From Narcine bancroftii (lineage: Eukaryota): DNA of 64,000 nucleotides. Made by a program: the position numbers and the translations under genes. The stretch is taken from NCBI RefSeq assembly GCF_036971445.1, contig NC_091477.1, positions 107,136,001-107,200,000 on the forward strand, read 5' to 3'. Numbering within the stretch: position 1 is the stretch's first letter; every line of letters begins with the position of its first letter. Shown here in pieces: positions 25,251-37,700 of the stretch. The notes under the pieces were generated by a model, which had not been told where the DNA came from, made no database searches, and saw only the letters and a list, made by a program, of their open reading frames with translations.

Positions 25251-25459
25251 AATAATAAAATCATCATCCACATCTGACTGGGAACCTGAAGCAGGTGGTG
25301 TATGGCAGGGATCAGTGCTGGGACTTTTGTTGCTTGTGGTTTTATATATATAAATAATTTGGATGAGAATGTAGGCTGTATGAATGTATGAATGGCATAT
25401 TTTCAGATAGCAAAGAAGGTAATTGAATGATACAGAGTGACACAGATCAGCTGGTTAAT

Positions 25460-25860
25460 TGGGCAATATGGAGGATCATCGCCTTCCCAAGATCGTGTTC
25501 TATGGCGAGCTCTCCACTGGCCACCAAGACAGAGGTGCACCAAAGAAGAGGTACAAGGACTGCTTAAAGAAATCTCTTGGTGCCTGCCACATCGACCACC
25601 GCCAGTGGGCTGATATCGCCTCACAGTTCGGCGGGCAGCAACCTCCTTTGAAGAAGACCGCAGAGCCCACCTCACTGACAAAAGACAAAGGAGGAAAAAC
25701 CCAACACCCAACCCCAACCCACCAATTTTCCCTTGCAACCGCTGCAACTGTGTCTGCCTGTCCCGCATCGGACTTGTCAATCACCAATGAACCTGCAGCA
25801 GACGTGGACATACCCCTCCATAAATCTTCGTCCGTGAAGCCAAGCCAAAGAAAAGAAGAT
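25460..25860 (+). mobile_element. RTE 3' fragment (same young family)
   Basis: Translation MEDHRLPKIVFYGELSTGH..; ends in the tail aagccaagccaaagaaaagaaga. Confidence 0.93.
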
Positions 25861-25921
25861 GGTGGCTGGTGAAATTTAATCCAGACAAGTGCAAAGAAAT
25901 ATACTTTGAGATGTCAAGGAC

Positions 25922-25924
<3 letters not shown>

Positions 25925-25972
<48 letters not shown>
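25925..25972. repeat. (GA)n microsatellite, about 24 units
   Basis: Perfect dinucleotide run. Confidence 0.98.
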
Positions 25973-25975
<3 letters not shown>

Positions 25976-26080
25976 TAGGAGCTTTTCTATCCAGGGAGAT
26001 CTTCGGCGCAAGTCTCGAGATCTTTGAAAGAGGTGACATATATAGATAGGCTTGTGAAGAAAGGCATTAGGGTATTCTTG

Positions 26081-26261
26081 TGAAACACAATAGACTGCTG
26101 ATGCTGTGATTGTAGTAAAATATATAGATGCTGGAGGAACTAAACCAGTCTCGTAGTGTTGGGCTCAGGTCTGAATTGTCAGTTTTATATCTTTACCTCC
26201 AATGGAAACTACAAATCTGCGAAGTTCCTCCAGCATTTCTGTGTTTTTACTTATTTATTGA
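26081..26261. mobile_element. Fold-back mini-Penelope insertion
   Basis: 10-bp TSD GGTATTCTTG at 26071-80 and 26262-71; inverted arms atgctggaggaact / agttcctccagcat. Confidence 0.75.
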
Positions 26262-26685
26262 GGTATTCTTGCCTCCATAGATCAAAGCATCGAGTACCAG
26301 GAATTAGAATTATGACTGACTTACAGTTGTGCTAAACTCTGCTTAGGTCACACTTGGAGTGTTTTGTACAGTTCTGGTTGCCAAACTAGAGAAAGGATGT
26401 GGTATCAATGGGGATAGTACAGAGGAGATTCACCAGGAGGTTGGCTACAGTGGAGGGCCAGATGAGAGATTGGATAGGCTGGATTTATTTTCACTGGAGG
26501 CTGGGGGTGGAGTAGAGGGCACCATGCATAGGATTACAAAACTATAACAGGCATAGGAAAGATAGTTAGTCAGAATCACTTTGCCAGACAAGGAGTCTAA
26601 AACCATAGGGCATAGGTTTGGGGAGGAATTTAAAACTCAGAAAGAGGGTTTTTTTTCCACACAGAGGGAGGGTGATTATACAGTA

Positions 26686-27029
26686 CAGGTACACAATCCT
26701 TTATCCGGACATCTAAAATAAGGAAAGCTCCAAAATCTGGCAAGTGGGGAGAGAGACGGCAGCACGAGTCAGGTGAGCGAAAGAACGGCAGCACGAGTCA
26801 GGCAGGTGAAGGATCGGCAGCGCTAGACGGGCGGCCGATGGAGTGAGACCAGCAGTGCGATTCGGGCAGGCGGGGTGGGGGGGGAGCAGCAGCGTGACTG
26901 GAAGGTGTTGGGGGTGAATAGGGTTGCACAATTCAGGTGGGCTTAAATCTGGCTTTCCGAAATCTGTAAAAATCCAAAATTTGGAACACACTGTCCCCCA
27001 AGGGTTCCAGATAAAGGATTGTGTACCTG
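26686..27029. mobile_element. Tigger-like MITE
   Basis: TIRs caggtacacaatccttt / aaaggattgtgtacctg with flanking TA; GC-rich core with ~30-bp internal repeats (acggcagcacgagtcagg twice). Confidence 0.88.
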
Positions 27030-28022
27030 TACAAGATTCCAGATGAAATAGTAGCAGTCGATATAATTACAATGCTTAAAGGACATTGAGACGGATACTT
27101 GGATAGGAAAGGAGTGGTGAGATATGGGGCCAATGCGGCAAATGGGATTAACATTGTCGTCAAAGTGGGATGGGCTGTAAAGAGCCAATTCTGTGTCGTA
27201 CATTTAAATAATTCAATGAACATCTGCTTACACTGAAAGCTGGCTGACCAGATATGGAAATTCTTTTATATTTTCCAGGATCATAGCTGATCCACCATTA
27301 TTTATGCTAGGAAATGGAATGTTTTCGTACTTCGGCAGCTCACTTTTCATTCTTACTCTGGACAAAGTTCTTTCGTCTTATCCTTCCTTCACAGTATTTT
27401 CTCAGATATTGTTTTAGATTTATATTTCTTGCTTTAATTGCTTTGGAAAAAAGCCTTGGTCTTGGTTCATAAATCAGTTCTCTAAGGCAAGGGATCAACT
27501 CAGTGCATTCTGCACTCCCTTGAGAGAATGAATTCTAAGTCTGAGTGGTTACAGTGCTCAACGCTGCTTCTCATAGAGCATTCCACAATTACAGCAGACC
27601 TCCACTTAGTTTTCATTTAACATTTATGCTGTCCAGTGTTCCATTTGAGAAAGAAAGGTCTGAAGTTCAATATCATTCTTCACACACCTCCAGGTCATCT
27701 CAAAGCACTTTGCAACCAAATGAAGAGTATCTGTGATGCAATGTTTGACCACAGTGTCTGCACTTCAAGATGAATGTCGTTGTAAGGTACATTAAGGTCA
27801 CCCAAGGTTGTGAACGTTGCTATATAAATGCAAGTCTTTTTACATCTCTTTTTGTTGCGCAATTGAGCCCAAGATACATGTCGCCACGGTACATGTGCTT
27901 TATATGTGGGGAGGTAACAATTTTATCATTCTATTCTATTAACTATTTCCAGCAGCAGAAGCTTCACTAACCAGAGGACACAGATTCAGAAGTAGAGGGG
28001 TGGGTTGGAGGCCAAGGATTGT

Positions 28023-30582
28023 TTTTAGAATTTTTTTTTTTCAATTTTTCCTAAACATAGTACCACATCTGAAAAAAAACCAATTCTTTTTAATGTATTT
28101 ACACTTTCTTTTAGTATAATTCACTTCTCATGTAGAAACACTATGTCAGCTTACTTCCAATTCCCTTCCTCCCCCCCCCCCCCCCAAAACTTTGGAAAAT
28201 AAACAACTAAAGCAATTAAAGTGACAAACAGAAAAGTGATAAAAAGAAAAAGAAAAGAAGAAATTCTTTCTAATCAACTTCCACTCTTTGAGGTGCTTCA
28301 TTGCTGTTGTCTTTATGTATTTTGTTAGCTTTTAGAACTGTGGGCTGTTGTTATAGGTGCGCACCAAAGTGCTCTAGATAAGTTTGCCATATTTTGGCAA
28401 AAGTATCGTACTTATTTCTTAAATTATATGTGTCTCTCTCCATGGGCACACAGTTGTGCATCTCTGTGGTCCATCGAGCGATGAATGGGGAGGAGTCGGA
28501 CTTCCAGGTGATCGCAATGCATTTTTTGTTACTGACAGGGCAATATCTAGAAATTTAATTTGGAATTTAGTTAATGATCTTCCCACATCCTCTAGTTTTC
28601 CCAATAAATACAGATCCAGATCCAGTGGGAAGTCTGTTACCATAATTCTACTTAATATATTAGATAATTCCAACCAAAAGGATCTCACCTCTGCGCACGT
28701 GGAGTGTATAAAGGTATGAATTTCTAACCTAAACCTAAAGCACATTACCAATATCTCTAATTTTCCTTTATGTAATTTTTGTGGTGTAAGAAATTATACT
28801 GTTCCAATCTTAGTCTGGTGTTGATCACTGATGTTACATTTCCCCTACATAAATCTGACCAACATTCTTCATTGATCATTATTCCCAAGTCTGACTCCCA
28901 CCTCTCCCTCGATCTTTGCAGGCCTGGTTTTTGGCTCTCACTTTGAAGTACAAAGTACATTCTGGATATAAATTTGGGAGCACCTCCCAGTCGAAGTAGC
29001 CCTTTCACCTTGTTCCATTGAGGAAGGGTCATGGAAGGGCCCATTTTCCCTCAGGAAGGATCTTAACTGTAGAAAGTAGTGAAAGGTTCCATTAGGCAAA
29101 TCATATTTATCCTTCACTTGTTCGAAGGACATGAGCTGTCTATTCTCAAAGTAGTCCTCAATAGTTTGGATCTCCTTTCAGTGCCAAATTTCCAGAAATT
29201 TGTTATCTAAATTCATAGGCATCAGTTCATTGTGTAGTAAGAGTGCTTTTGGCGATATCACAATCTCTTTACCAATCCAATGATTAATTTCATTACAGAT
29301 TTTTATCAGACGTTTTAAGGATGGGATTATCTGTTCTTTTATTTATTAATTTGGTATTTGTTTTGCAAATGAAATCTTTCTCCATCCCCCTCCCCCATGC
29401 TATGTAATCCTATGTTAACCCATTTTGGTGGCTCACCTTCTTCAAATAAAGATGTGAGTAACCTTGACTGGGCTGTTAAGTAATATTTACTAAAATCAGG
29501 TAATTATACCCCCCCCACCCCCAATTTATAATTCCTCCATCAATTTTTCCATGGAGATCCTGGAGACTTTGCCATTCCACATAAAATTTCTTATGCTGCC
29601 ATTAATATTTAAAAAATTGTTTGTGGTAGATAAATAGGAATGGATTGAAATAAATACTGTAATCTTGGCAACACTTTCATTTTGATACTGTTTACCCTGT
29701 CTATCAAAATGATGGGCAGGCTTCTGCATCTGTTTAAATCAGCTTCAAACTTTTCAAGGATAGGAGTATAGTTGAGTTTGTATAAGTTTTCCAAATTTCT
29801 ATCCATTGTTATCCCTAAGTATTTAAAACTACCTGATTGCCGCTTAAAATGGCTCCCATTTATATCTTTCATAGTCTGAATCAGTCAGGGGCTTTTTTCA
29901 AAATTTACCTTATATCCAGAAATTATGCCATAATCTTCCAGGGTGGTCTGCAATTTGGACAATGACTTAGCTGGTTCCGTCAAGTATAATAGCACATCGT
30001 CTGTGAATGGGTTTATTTTATGTTCAGCTTGGCCCACCTTGAATCCCTTTATGTGTGGGTCCTTTCTAATATATTCTGCTAATAATTCAATAGCTAATAA
30101 AAACAGCCCTGGAGACAGTGGAAAACTCTGCTAGACCTACTTAAGGGGAATGTCGATGAAATTTTGGCTATTTATTATGATCCTTGTTTGTGGTTTAGAA
30201 TATAATGTTTTTACCCAATTAAAATATGTTTGTCCTAGTCCAAATTTTCCCATTTTTTAAAATAGATATGGCCATTCCAATCTATTGAAGGCCTTTTCTG
30301 CATCCAGAGATACTGCTACACTGGGATCTTCTCTGGATTGTGCCAAATCTATTATATTCGATAATCTTCTCAAGTTGTCAGCAGAATGTCTCTTTTTTAT
30401 AAAACTTGCTTGGTCCGGATTTATTAATTTTGGGAGATATTGGCCCAATCTCTCAACCAGTGCTTTGGCTATTATCTTGTAATCTGTATTTAATAATGAG
30501 ATGGGTCTGTAAGACACAGGTTTTAATGGATCTTTATTCTTCTTAGGTAACATCACAATTATTGCTTTTGAAAAGGTGTTCG
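28023..30582 (-). mobile_element. L1-clade LINE (fish type), 5'-truncated, 2.56 kb
   Basis: Motifs KDPLKPVSYRPISLLNTDYKIIAK, SLDAEKAFNRLEWPYL, FKYLGI and IKMKVLPRLQYLFQSIP; poly(A) end at ~28023-28041; 16-bp TSD (15/16 match) ggaggccaaggattgt 28007-22 / ggagggcaaggattgt 30583-98. Confidence 0.95.
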
Positions 30583-31559
30583 GGAGGGCAAGGATTGTGG
30601 AAGAACAGGTAGAGGGGGAGTTAGTCATGTATTCACCACTAAAAAAAAGTGGCATATCATGAAATCAGTAAAATGTAATTGTTTTGGAACTTGAATAATC
30701 AGAGATTAGTTAAACACAATGTCACCTTTTCATGATATCAAGCACCAATGATATAAAATCTCTGCAGTGAGTTCAGAATTAAGACTATTCATTTACATCT
30801 GCCAAGTTCCTTTAATCAATATGTGAAGTCAGTCATAGCCAATGCAGACAACTGTTTAATTGCTGAATACTGCATTGCATTGCGAACAACAGATTGGGTG
30901 TTACGATCCAAATGCTTGTCTTTACTTGTCTGAGATATGTTGTTGCATTCCAGGCTTAAATTTAACTGGTTCGAAACATCACTTAGTTTCTTCCAGTGCA
31001 AAACAATTCAGTCTCCCAGGTATAAACTGTGGGCTGAATTACCGTTGTTGCATCAACTTCTGATGTGTGATGAGAATTCTACTGAAGGAGTCATGTTAAT
31101 TTGATTTCCGACCAGCTGTTGGAACAAGTACACAACAAGAATATCATTCTAGGTGCTCAGTTGAACAATCTGAAGATATTTTAAAAACTTAATTTTAAAC
31201 TGTTTAAATTTACTGCACTCAACCTTCCTTTTGCTGCGGCCCTCTTGGGACTCAGCTCAAAGTTTTTTGGTCCCCTTCCCTGCGAATCAGTCAAGTTTTG
31301 GTTTTATTCATACTTCTCTCTACTGACTGCATAAAAAATATAAAAGATATTTATGTTATGAGGTGAAAATAAAACAAAGCTTTAACTTCAATGTGCCATA
31401 GGCCCTGTTGGGAATGGCTGCGAAGCCTCTGTGTCTTGGTCAGCTTCAAATTCAATTAGTTTATGGACACTAATGAATGAATGCATGCCCAGAACTCTAA
31501 CCCTGGACAACAGTTTTTTTTTCCAAAAGATTTGCTTCTTGAAAAAACATTTGGGATTA

Positions 31560-33665
31560 TCACAAGAACTCAATAAAAAGGTCCATCGATCCTGCTCCTC
31601 CATTCCACCCTGAACTAATCTGTTCTCACATCGAGATCCAAGTTCTGGGGTTTTCCTCATATCCCTTGATACTTTGACTAATTAGATATCTATCAATATC
31701 AATCTTCCCCCTTAAACTCCCCAGTGATCCGGCCTCCAGAGCTGTACGTGACAATGAATCCCACAAATCTACAACCCTCTGGCTAAAGAAATTTCTCCTC
31801 ATCTCTGTTTTAAATGGGCATCTTCTAATACTAAGACTGTGCCCTCTTGTCCTGGATTCATCAACCATGGGAAACATCTTATTCACATCTACTCTGTCCA
31901 ATCCTTTCAGCATTCAAAATGTTTCTATGAGATCCCCTCTCATTCTTCTACATTTCAATGAATAGAGTCCAAGAGCCCCAAAGCGTTCCTTATATGTTAG
32001 CCCTTGCATTCCAGGAATCATTCTGTTAAATCTTCTCTGTACTCTCTCCAACATTATTATATCCCTTCTAAGATAAGGGGCCCAAACCTCCACACAGAAC
32101 TCCAAATGAGGTCTCATCAGTACCACATAGAGCCTCATTAACACCACTTTACTCTTATACACTATTCTCCTTGAAACAAATGCCAACATAGCATTTGTTT
32201 ACTGCCATTCCAAACTAGTGGTTAATCTTTAGGTTATCCTGCAAATGGACCCCCAAGTCCCTTTGCACTTCCAAATTTTGAATTTTCTCCCCATCCAAAT
32301 AATAATCCGCCTGTTTATTTTGTCTTCCAAAATGTACAACCGTACATTTCACAACATTGGATCTCATCTGCCATTTCTTTGTCCACTCTCCTAAGCTGTT
32401 CAGGTCTCTGCAACCTTTCAGTTTCTTCAACACTTCCTATTCCACCACATATCTTGGTGTCATCTGCAAACGTCACCACAAAAATCATTCAATCCATAAT
32501 CCAAATCATCAATATACATTGTAAAAAGAAGTGACCCCAACACCAACCCCTGCAGGACACCACTAATAACTGGCAACCAACCAGAACAGGATCCCTGAAT
32601 CTCCAAAGCCATCTCCTTCAGAACCCATGAGTGCACCTCATCCGGTCCAGGAGATTTATCTATCTTTAGTCCATTAAGCACATTTTACTAAGCACAGTTT
32701 AATAAGCACATTCTCTCTATCCTGACTGTACTTAATTCTATTCCCTGAAACCTCTGACTATCAGGTATATTGTTAGTATCTTCCTTAGTTAAGACTGATG
32801 CAAAATATTAATTTAGTTCCTCTGTCATCTCTTAGTTACCCATTAAAAATAAATCTTTTACTCTTTATATATTTAAAAATACTCCTAGTATCCTTTTGTA
32901 TGTTATTTACCAAATTCCTTTCATAATTCATCTTTTCTTTCCTATCGACTTTCTTTGTCTCTTTCTGTAAGTTTTTAAAAAGTTTCCCAAACCTCTGTTT
33001 TTCCACTAATTTTTGCTTCCCTTTTACTTTTGCCTTAACTTCTCTTGTTAGCCACATTTGTGCCATTTTTTCCAATCATGATTTTCTTTTTTCTTGGAAT
33101 ATATCTATCCTGCACTTTCTTTATTTCTTGTAGAAATATCATCCAATTCTGCTCTGCTGCCCTTCCCTCTAGCTTAGTTTTCCAGTCAACTTCGGTCAGT
33201 TCATCTCTCATACCACTGTAATTTCCTTTGTTCCACTAAAATATTGACACACCTGATATCAGCTTTTCCTTTTAAAATTTGAAACTGAACTCTATCATGT
33301 TATGATTGCTACTTCCTTAGGGTTCCATTACCTTTAATTTCCTAATCATCTTGGGTTCATTACACATCACCCAATCCAGAACCGCCGATCCTCTGGTGGG
33401 CTTGTCGACAAGCTGCTTCAAAAAGCCAGCCCTCATGCATTCTACAAACTCTCTCTCCTGAGATTCAGAACCTTCCTGACTTTCCCAATTCCTTTTCATG
33501 TTAAAATACCCCATAATTATTGTGACATTCTCCTTCTGACATGCTTTTTCTATCTACAGCTGTACCTCATAGTCTACTTCCTGGCTGCTGTTTGGGGTCC
33601 TGTTTATAATTGCCAATAGGGTCCTTTTACTCTTGTCATTTCCTAATTCAACCCATAAGGATTCT
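31560..33665 (-). mobile_element. CR1 LINE with internal deletions
   Basis: Motifs KPTRGSAVLDWVMCN, DKSPGPDEVH..LKE, RPHLEFC..WAPYLRRD..LERVQRRF and RRNFFSQRVV. Confidence 0.92.
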
Positions 33666-33837
33666 GATAGACAACTTCAAGCTGAACACAAAGATAATTT
33701 CAGATTTACTGAATCACGTGGGATGTTGGAAAAACATTAAATGAACTTTGATTGAATTTAGCATGTTTACAAATCACATAATGATGCTGACCCTTTGCAT
33801 TAGTTCAAAAGATCTAAAAATATTTTGCCTCGGATTT

Positions 33838-34224
33838 TCATTTGTACTCAGCACCTGATGCCTCTCGTGTCAGTGTCCAACAATAGTCGGCCAGCATTGA
33901 TGGATTCCAGTTACCCTGATACCGTTTTTTCATGGTTGCAATATCCTGATGAAACTTTTCTCCATATTTGTCACTGACTGCACCAGCATCAGTAGGGAAG
34001 ACAACCAAGTGCAAATGCAAACAATGAATTTTCAATGACACGTTGCACTTCGTGGTTTTGGATCCTTGAAGTAGACTTAAAATATGACAGGAAATCATGA
34101 AAATAGTTATATATAAAAACTGTACATGATAGAGATATTTTAAAGTGATTTTCTTGATCAGCAGTCAAAAATCTATAAAATACACCCAAAAGTGTTCAGG
34201 AAGCAAAATCTTCATTGTCCAATG
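33838..34224 (-). mobile_element. Chapaev3-like (CMC) DNA transposon deletion derivative
   Basis: Translation CNVSLKIHCLHLHL..FP...GAVSDKYGEKFHQDIATMKKRYQGNWNPSMLADYCWTLTRE; terminus-like ..ttgtccaatg followed by taa at 34224; superfamily assigned from a recalled motif. Confidence 0.62.
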
Positions 34225-34362
34225 TAATTGGCTTGATCAAAGTACAATCAACAGAAATTTACCAAACTGATTTGTGAAATATTTCTAACTTTTTCTGTAT
34301 GAATATTCCTCAGATTTGAAGAGAAATGCATCCAAATATCACTTGTTGTAGAACAAGCATTG

Positions 34363-34452
34363 CCTTATTCTGATAGAGGGAAATAGTTTAATTATATTGT
34401 AGAATCCTTATTGCCACTACTAATTAAACTATTTCCCTCTATCAGAATAAGG
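34363..34452. repeat. Perfect 32-bp inverted repeat with a 26-nt spacer
   Basis: ccttattctgatagagggaaatagtttaatta (34363-94) is the exact reverse complement of 34421-52. Confidence 0.97.
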
Positions 34453-34626
34453 TAAATATTGGTAAAATGAGTATCGTTCTTTGATTTGTTGATTATCTCA
34501 GATAAAAAGAGACTTTTACAACACATTGGCTGCCTTCAGGGCAACATAAACTCTCATAAAATTCAATGTGTTAATGATCTGTGTTAACAATACTGGCAAA
34601 GCTGACTATTGGTCAACATATTAGAT

Positions 34627-34811
34627 CAGCCATTCCCAATGGGGGCCACTGCACAATGAAGGGGGAAGGCCTGAAACCATTAAAAAAATTATGTAATAAG
34701 TAGGAGAGAAGTACAAACAACTAATCTTGTCTGTTTCACAGGGAAGAGGGCCCATAAACTTAGAGCAGAGTCCTAATGGGGCCGTAGCCAAAAAAAGGTT
34801 GAGAATGATTG
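34627..34811. mobile_element. hAT MITE, 185 bp
   Basis: TIRs cagccattcccaa / ttgagaatgattg; 8-bp TSD tattagat / tactagat (7/8 match). Confidence 0.78.
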
Positions 34812-35193
34812 TACTAGATAATAGTCTGCTTTTTGAAAGAGCACTGTGGAATTTTCACAGCAAATAACATTTATCCTAAAGGGACACCTCTCCCTTAACT
34901 GCACTGGAATGATTCACTGGAGTTCTCTGTTCAACAATTCAGAGTGAACTGTAATTAGAAAAAAAAAGAGTGCAAATGTAGAAATTTGGAATAAAAATAG
35001 AAAATGGTCAAAACACTTGGGCTGGGGGTTGGATGGTGGATGGTGGGGGTCAGGTTGCATCTGTGAAAAGAGAAACAGTTAATGTTTGAGTTCTGGTACA
35101 CCGAAACTGTCTGATCTGCTGAGTATTTCCAGCGTTTTCTGTTTTTAGTTCAGTGCTATCAATGGAGTCAAAGCTGCCACAATAATCAGTGCT

Positions 35194-35380
35194 GAGAGGA
35201 GTAAAACACAAAAGTCTGCAGAGGCTGTGATTGAAATGAAAACACTATGCTTGAGAATGTCAGCAGGTCAGACAGTATACTTTATGCACAAAGATAATGA
35301 TACATAACCATCGTTTCGGACTTGAGCCCTTCATCAAGGAACTTTGACCTGCTGAGTTTCTCCAGTATTGTGTTTTTTTT
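35194..35380 (-). mobile_element. Fold-back mini-Penelope insertion with hammerhead-like core
   Basis: 15-bp TSD acaataatcagtgct / acaataaacagtgct; the minus strand reads ccttgatgaagggctcaagtccgaaacgat. Confidence 0.8.
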
Positions 35381-35499
35381 ACAATAAACAGTGCTTCCCA
35401 TTCTAAGACTGGACACTTAAACAGCGTGGAGACCTAATGCCTTCAGGACAGCAGAAAACAGATAGATTGCATAATATTTGGGTTGCACATTTAAGACCA

Positions 35500-36030
35500 T
35501 GGCTCATAAGGACTCTCACAGTAGATTAACTGTAGGCCAGAAACTCTTGAAAGCTTCTACAGGTGTACTGTGGGGAGCATTCTGGCTGAATACATCCCTG
35601 TCTAGTATGGAGGTGCCAATGCTCAGGACAAGAAAAGCTCCAGAGGGTTGTGAACTCAGCCTGTGACATCACATTTCACTTTATCAAGGACATCTACAAA
35701 AGGCAGTGCCTTAAGAAAGCAGTCTCTATCATCAAGGACCCCCCCACCACCCAGGCCGTGCCCTCTTTACTCTGATACAATTGGGAAAAATGTACAGGAG
35801 CCTGAAGATGAGCACACAGTACCACAAGGACAGATTCTTCCCCACTGCCATCAGATTCTGGAATGAATAATGAACCACAGACGCTGCTTTGCTTTGACTT
35901 TTTCGTTTTCCTTGCATTATTTTTATTTATTTTGTAAGGTGATTTATGTAAATGTTTGCACTGTGATCCTGCCGCAAAACAGTAAATTTTGTGACATGTT
36001 TGTGACAATATATTTTGATTCTGATTCTGA
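35500..36030 (+). mobile_element. Rex1/Babar LINE 3' fragment
   Basis: Segments ttctacaggtgtactgtggggagcattctggctg.. and catcaaggacccccccaccacccagg; (gattct)n tail. Confidence 0.75.
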
Positions 36031-37214
36031 TCACAGACGCAGCATGTCCTGTTGTGTTTTTCTAATATTGTGCTTGAAAGGCAACTTACATTTTTTATAA
36101 CTAATGTCATCTTCTATTGAATATAAACTCCTATGGTGTTCCCAATATATGTAATGTGAGAGCGATGTCCTAAAATTATTTAAGTTGGATTTGCATTTAA
36201 CTCACGCAAGTACAAACCATTCAGCATTTTCAAGCTGTTGCTCTATGTCACTGCAGTAGCACTTCTGAGGCAGGGATTCATTATTTCATCATGTGACCCT
36301 TTGAATATGTAGAACTGGTTACTTCCAAATTGGAAGATCACTATCTTAACTTTTTACTTGAAGGGATTACTGCATTCCTATTGACGCCCATAGACCAAAT
36401 AAAATATGGCTTTACTCAAACCTCTGCCAACCAAACCAGTTTCAACTGGAATCTAATGTTGGTGTCGAGAGACCAAGTCTGAGGCAAAGTAAAGAATAAT
36501 TAATTCATAAATTACAGTAAAAGCAAAATCACTCACCACAATGACAGGTTTATCATATCTGCATTTACAATTACAGTACGCTGTGCAAAGAACAGAAATC
36601 TATGCACAACATTAAACAGGAATACTTTGATGTATTTATACAGATGAGGAATTGTAAAGCTCAAGGAGTCACTTGCATTTCATTCAAATCATATTTAAAC
36701 CATGCACATGCAAATCTTAAATATAATAGGAAAATGCTTTAGACCACTCTCTTTGCAAGATTTCATAATGAGGTTACATATTCCCCCTGCCCAGAAGATC
36801 ACCTTGTGAGATGCTGCTTTGTTGGATGGATTTGTGACTTGACCCCGAATCTATCAAGCTCTGATCAGCTCAGATTAATTCTTGAGAGAAACCAAAGGCT
36901 GTGAATAATTTTACAGTCTGCAGTTTTGGATTCCTGAAGCTGCCAAAAATCAAAGCCATTAATGAAATGATTGAAATATTTGACATCCTTTTTCTGGAAG
37001 AGGAAAGCAGCTATTACGCAGACTGTTCTCTTGCATTCTGATTGAATCATACCTTCCAGTTCATGCTATATCATCCTTTCTTTCCCTTTTCGCATTTTGG
37101 GTCCAATTCCTTTCATGTTTTTCCTCTATTTCCCATGCAGGGAATTAGAAAGTGAAACAAGGATGTGTCATTGTTATTAAGAAATAGGCCCGATATATGT
37201 TTCTTAAACCAGGA

Positions 37215-37700
37215 AAGAGATACAGGTGCCACAAGACTCGCACCACCAGGTTCAGGAACAGCTCCACCATCAGACTCCTCAACAACAAACTCAATCAGAG
37301 ACTCATTTAAGGACTCTTTCTTTTGCACGTTATTGATTGTTTTCTCTCTCTATAATGCACAGTCAGTTTGTAATAAATCACAAAATTCTGTAGACACCAT
37401 GGCTGAAGTAAAAAAAAATCAAATTGCTGGAGAAGCCAGTAAAACAGCGTCCTTAAGCCCGAAACGTCAGTTCTGTATCTTTGCTGCATAAAGGACCCTG
37501 TTTTACCGGCTGATCTTCTCCAGCACTTTGTGTTTTTACCACAGTCAGTTTGTTTACATTTCTTTTATTTGTTTTCATGTATACGTATCTTCTTGAGTAC
37601 AATTATTTTGCACTACCAATAAATAGTAATTCTGCCTCGCCCATAGGAAAAAAAGGAATCTCAGGGTTGTATGTATTCTGACATTAAATCTGAACTTTGA
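37215..37700 (+). mobile_element. Rex1/Babar 3' end with a nested mini-Penelope
   Basis: caccaccaggttcaggaacagct..catcagactcctcaac; tail matches 7615-7820. Confidence 0.7.
37372..37539. mobile_element. Fold-back mini-Penelope insertion
   Basis: Perfect 14-bp TSD CACAGTCAGTTTGT at 37358-71 and 37540-53; arms gctggagaag / cttctccagc; partial core aagcccgaaacgtc. Confidence 0.82.

Larger units (their letters stand above)
25280..27200 (+). mobile_element. Old CR1 RT/3' fragment hosting nested RTE, (GA)n, mini-Penelope and Tigger MITE insertions
   Basis: Collinear CR1 pieces (cagggatcagtgctgggac; tttaatccagacaagtg; ttaggtcacacttggagt..cagttctggttgcca; 3' tail near 27150-27200). Confidence 0.7.

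Noticed and set aside
27874-27898. Paired ACATGT palindromes as a p53 response element
   Set aside because: Each half-site has two mismatches and the spacer is 5 bp, which is likely by chance.
36914-37041. Open 41-codon frame after an acceptor (CSFGFLKLPKIKAINEMIEIF..)
   Set aside because: There is no recognisable homology or upstream partner exon, and the length is within chance expectation.
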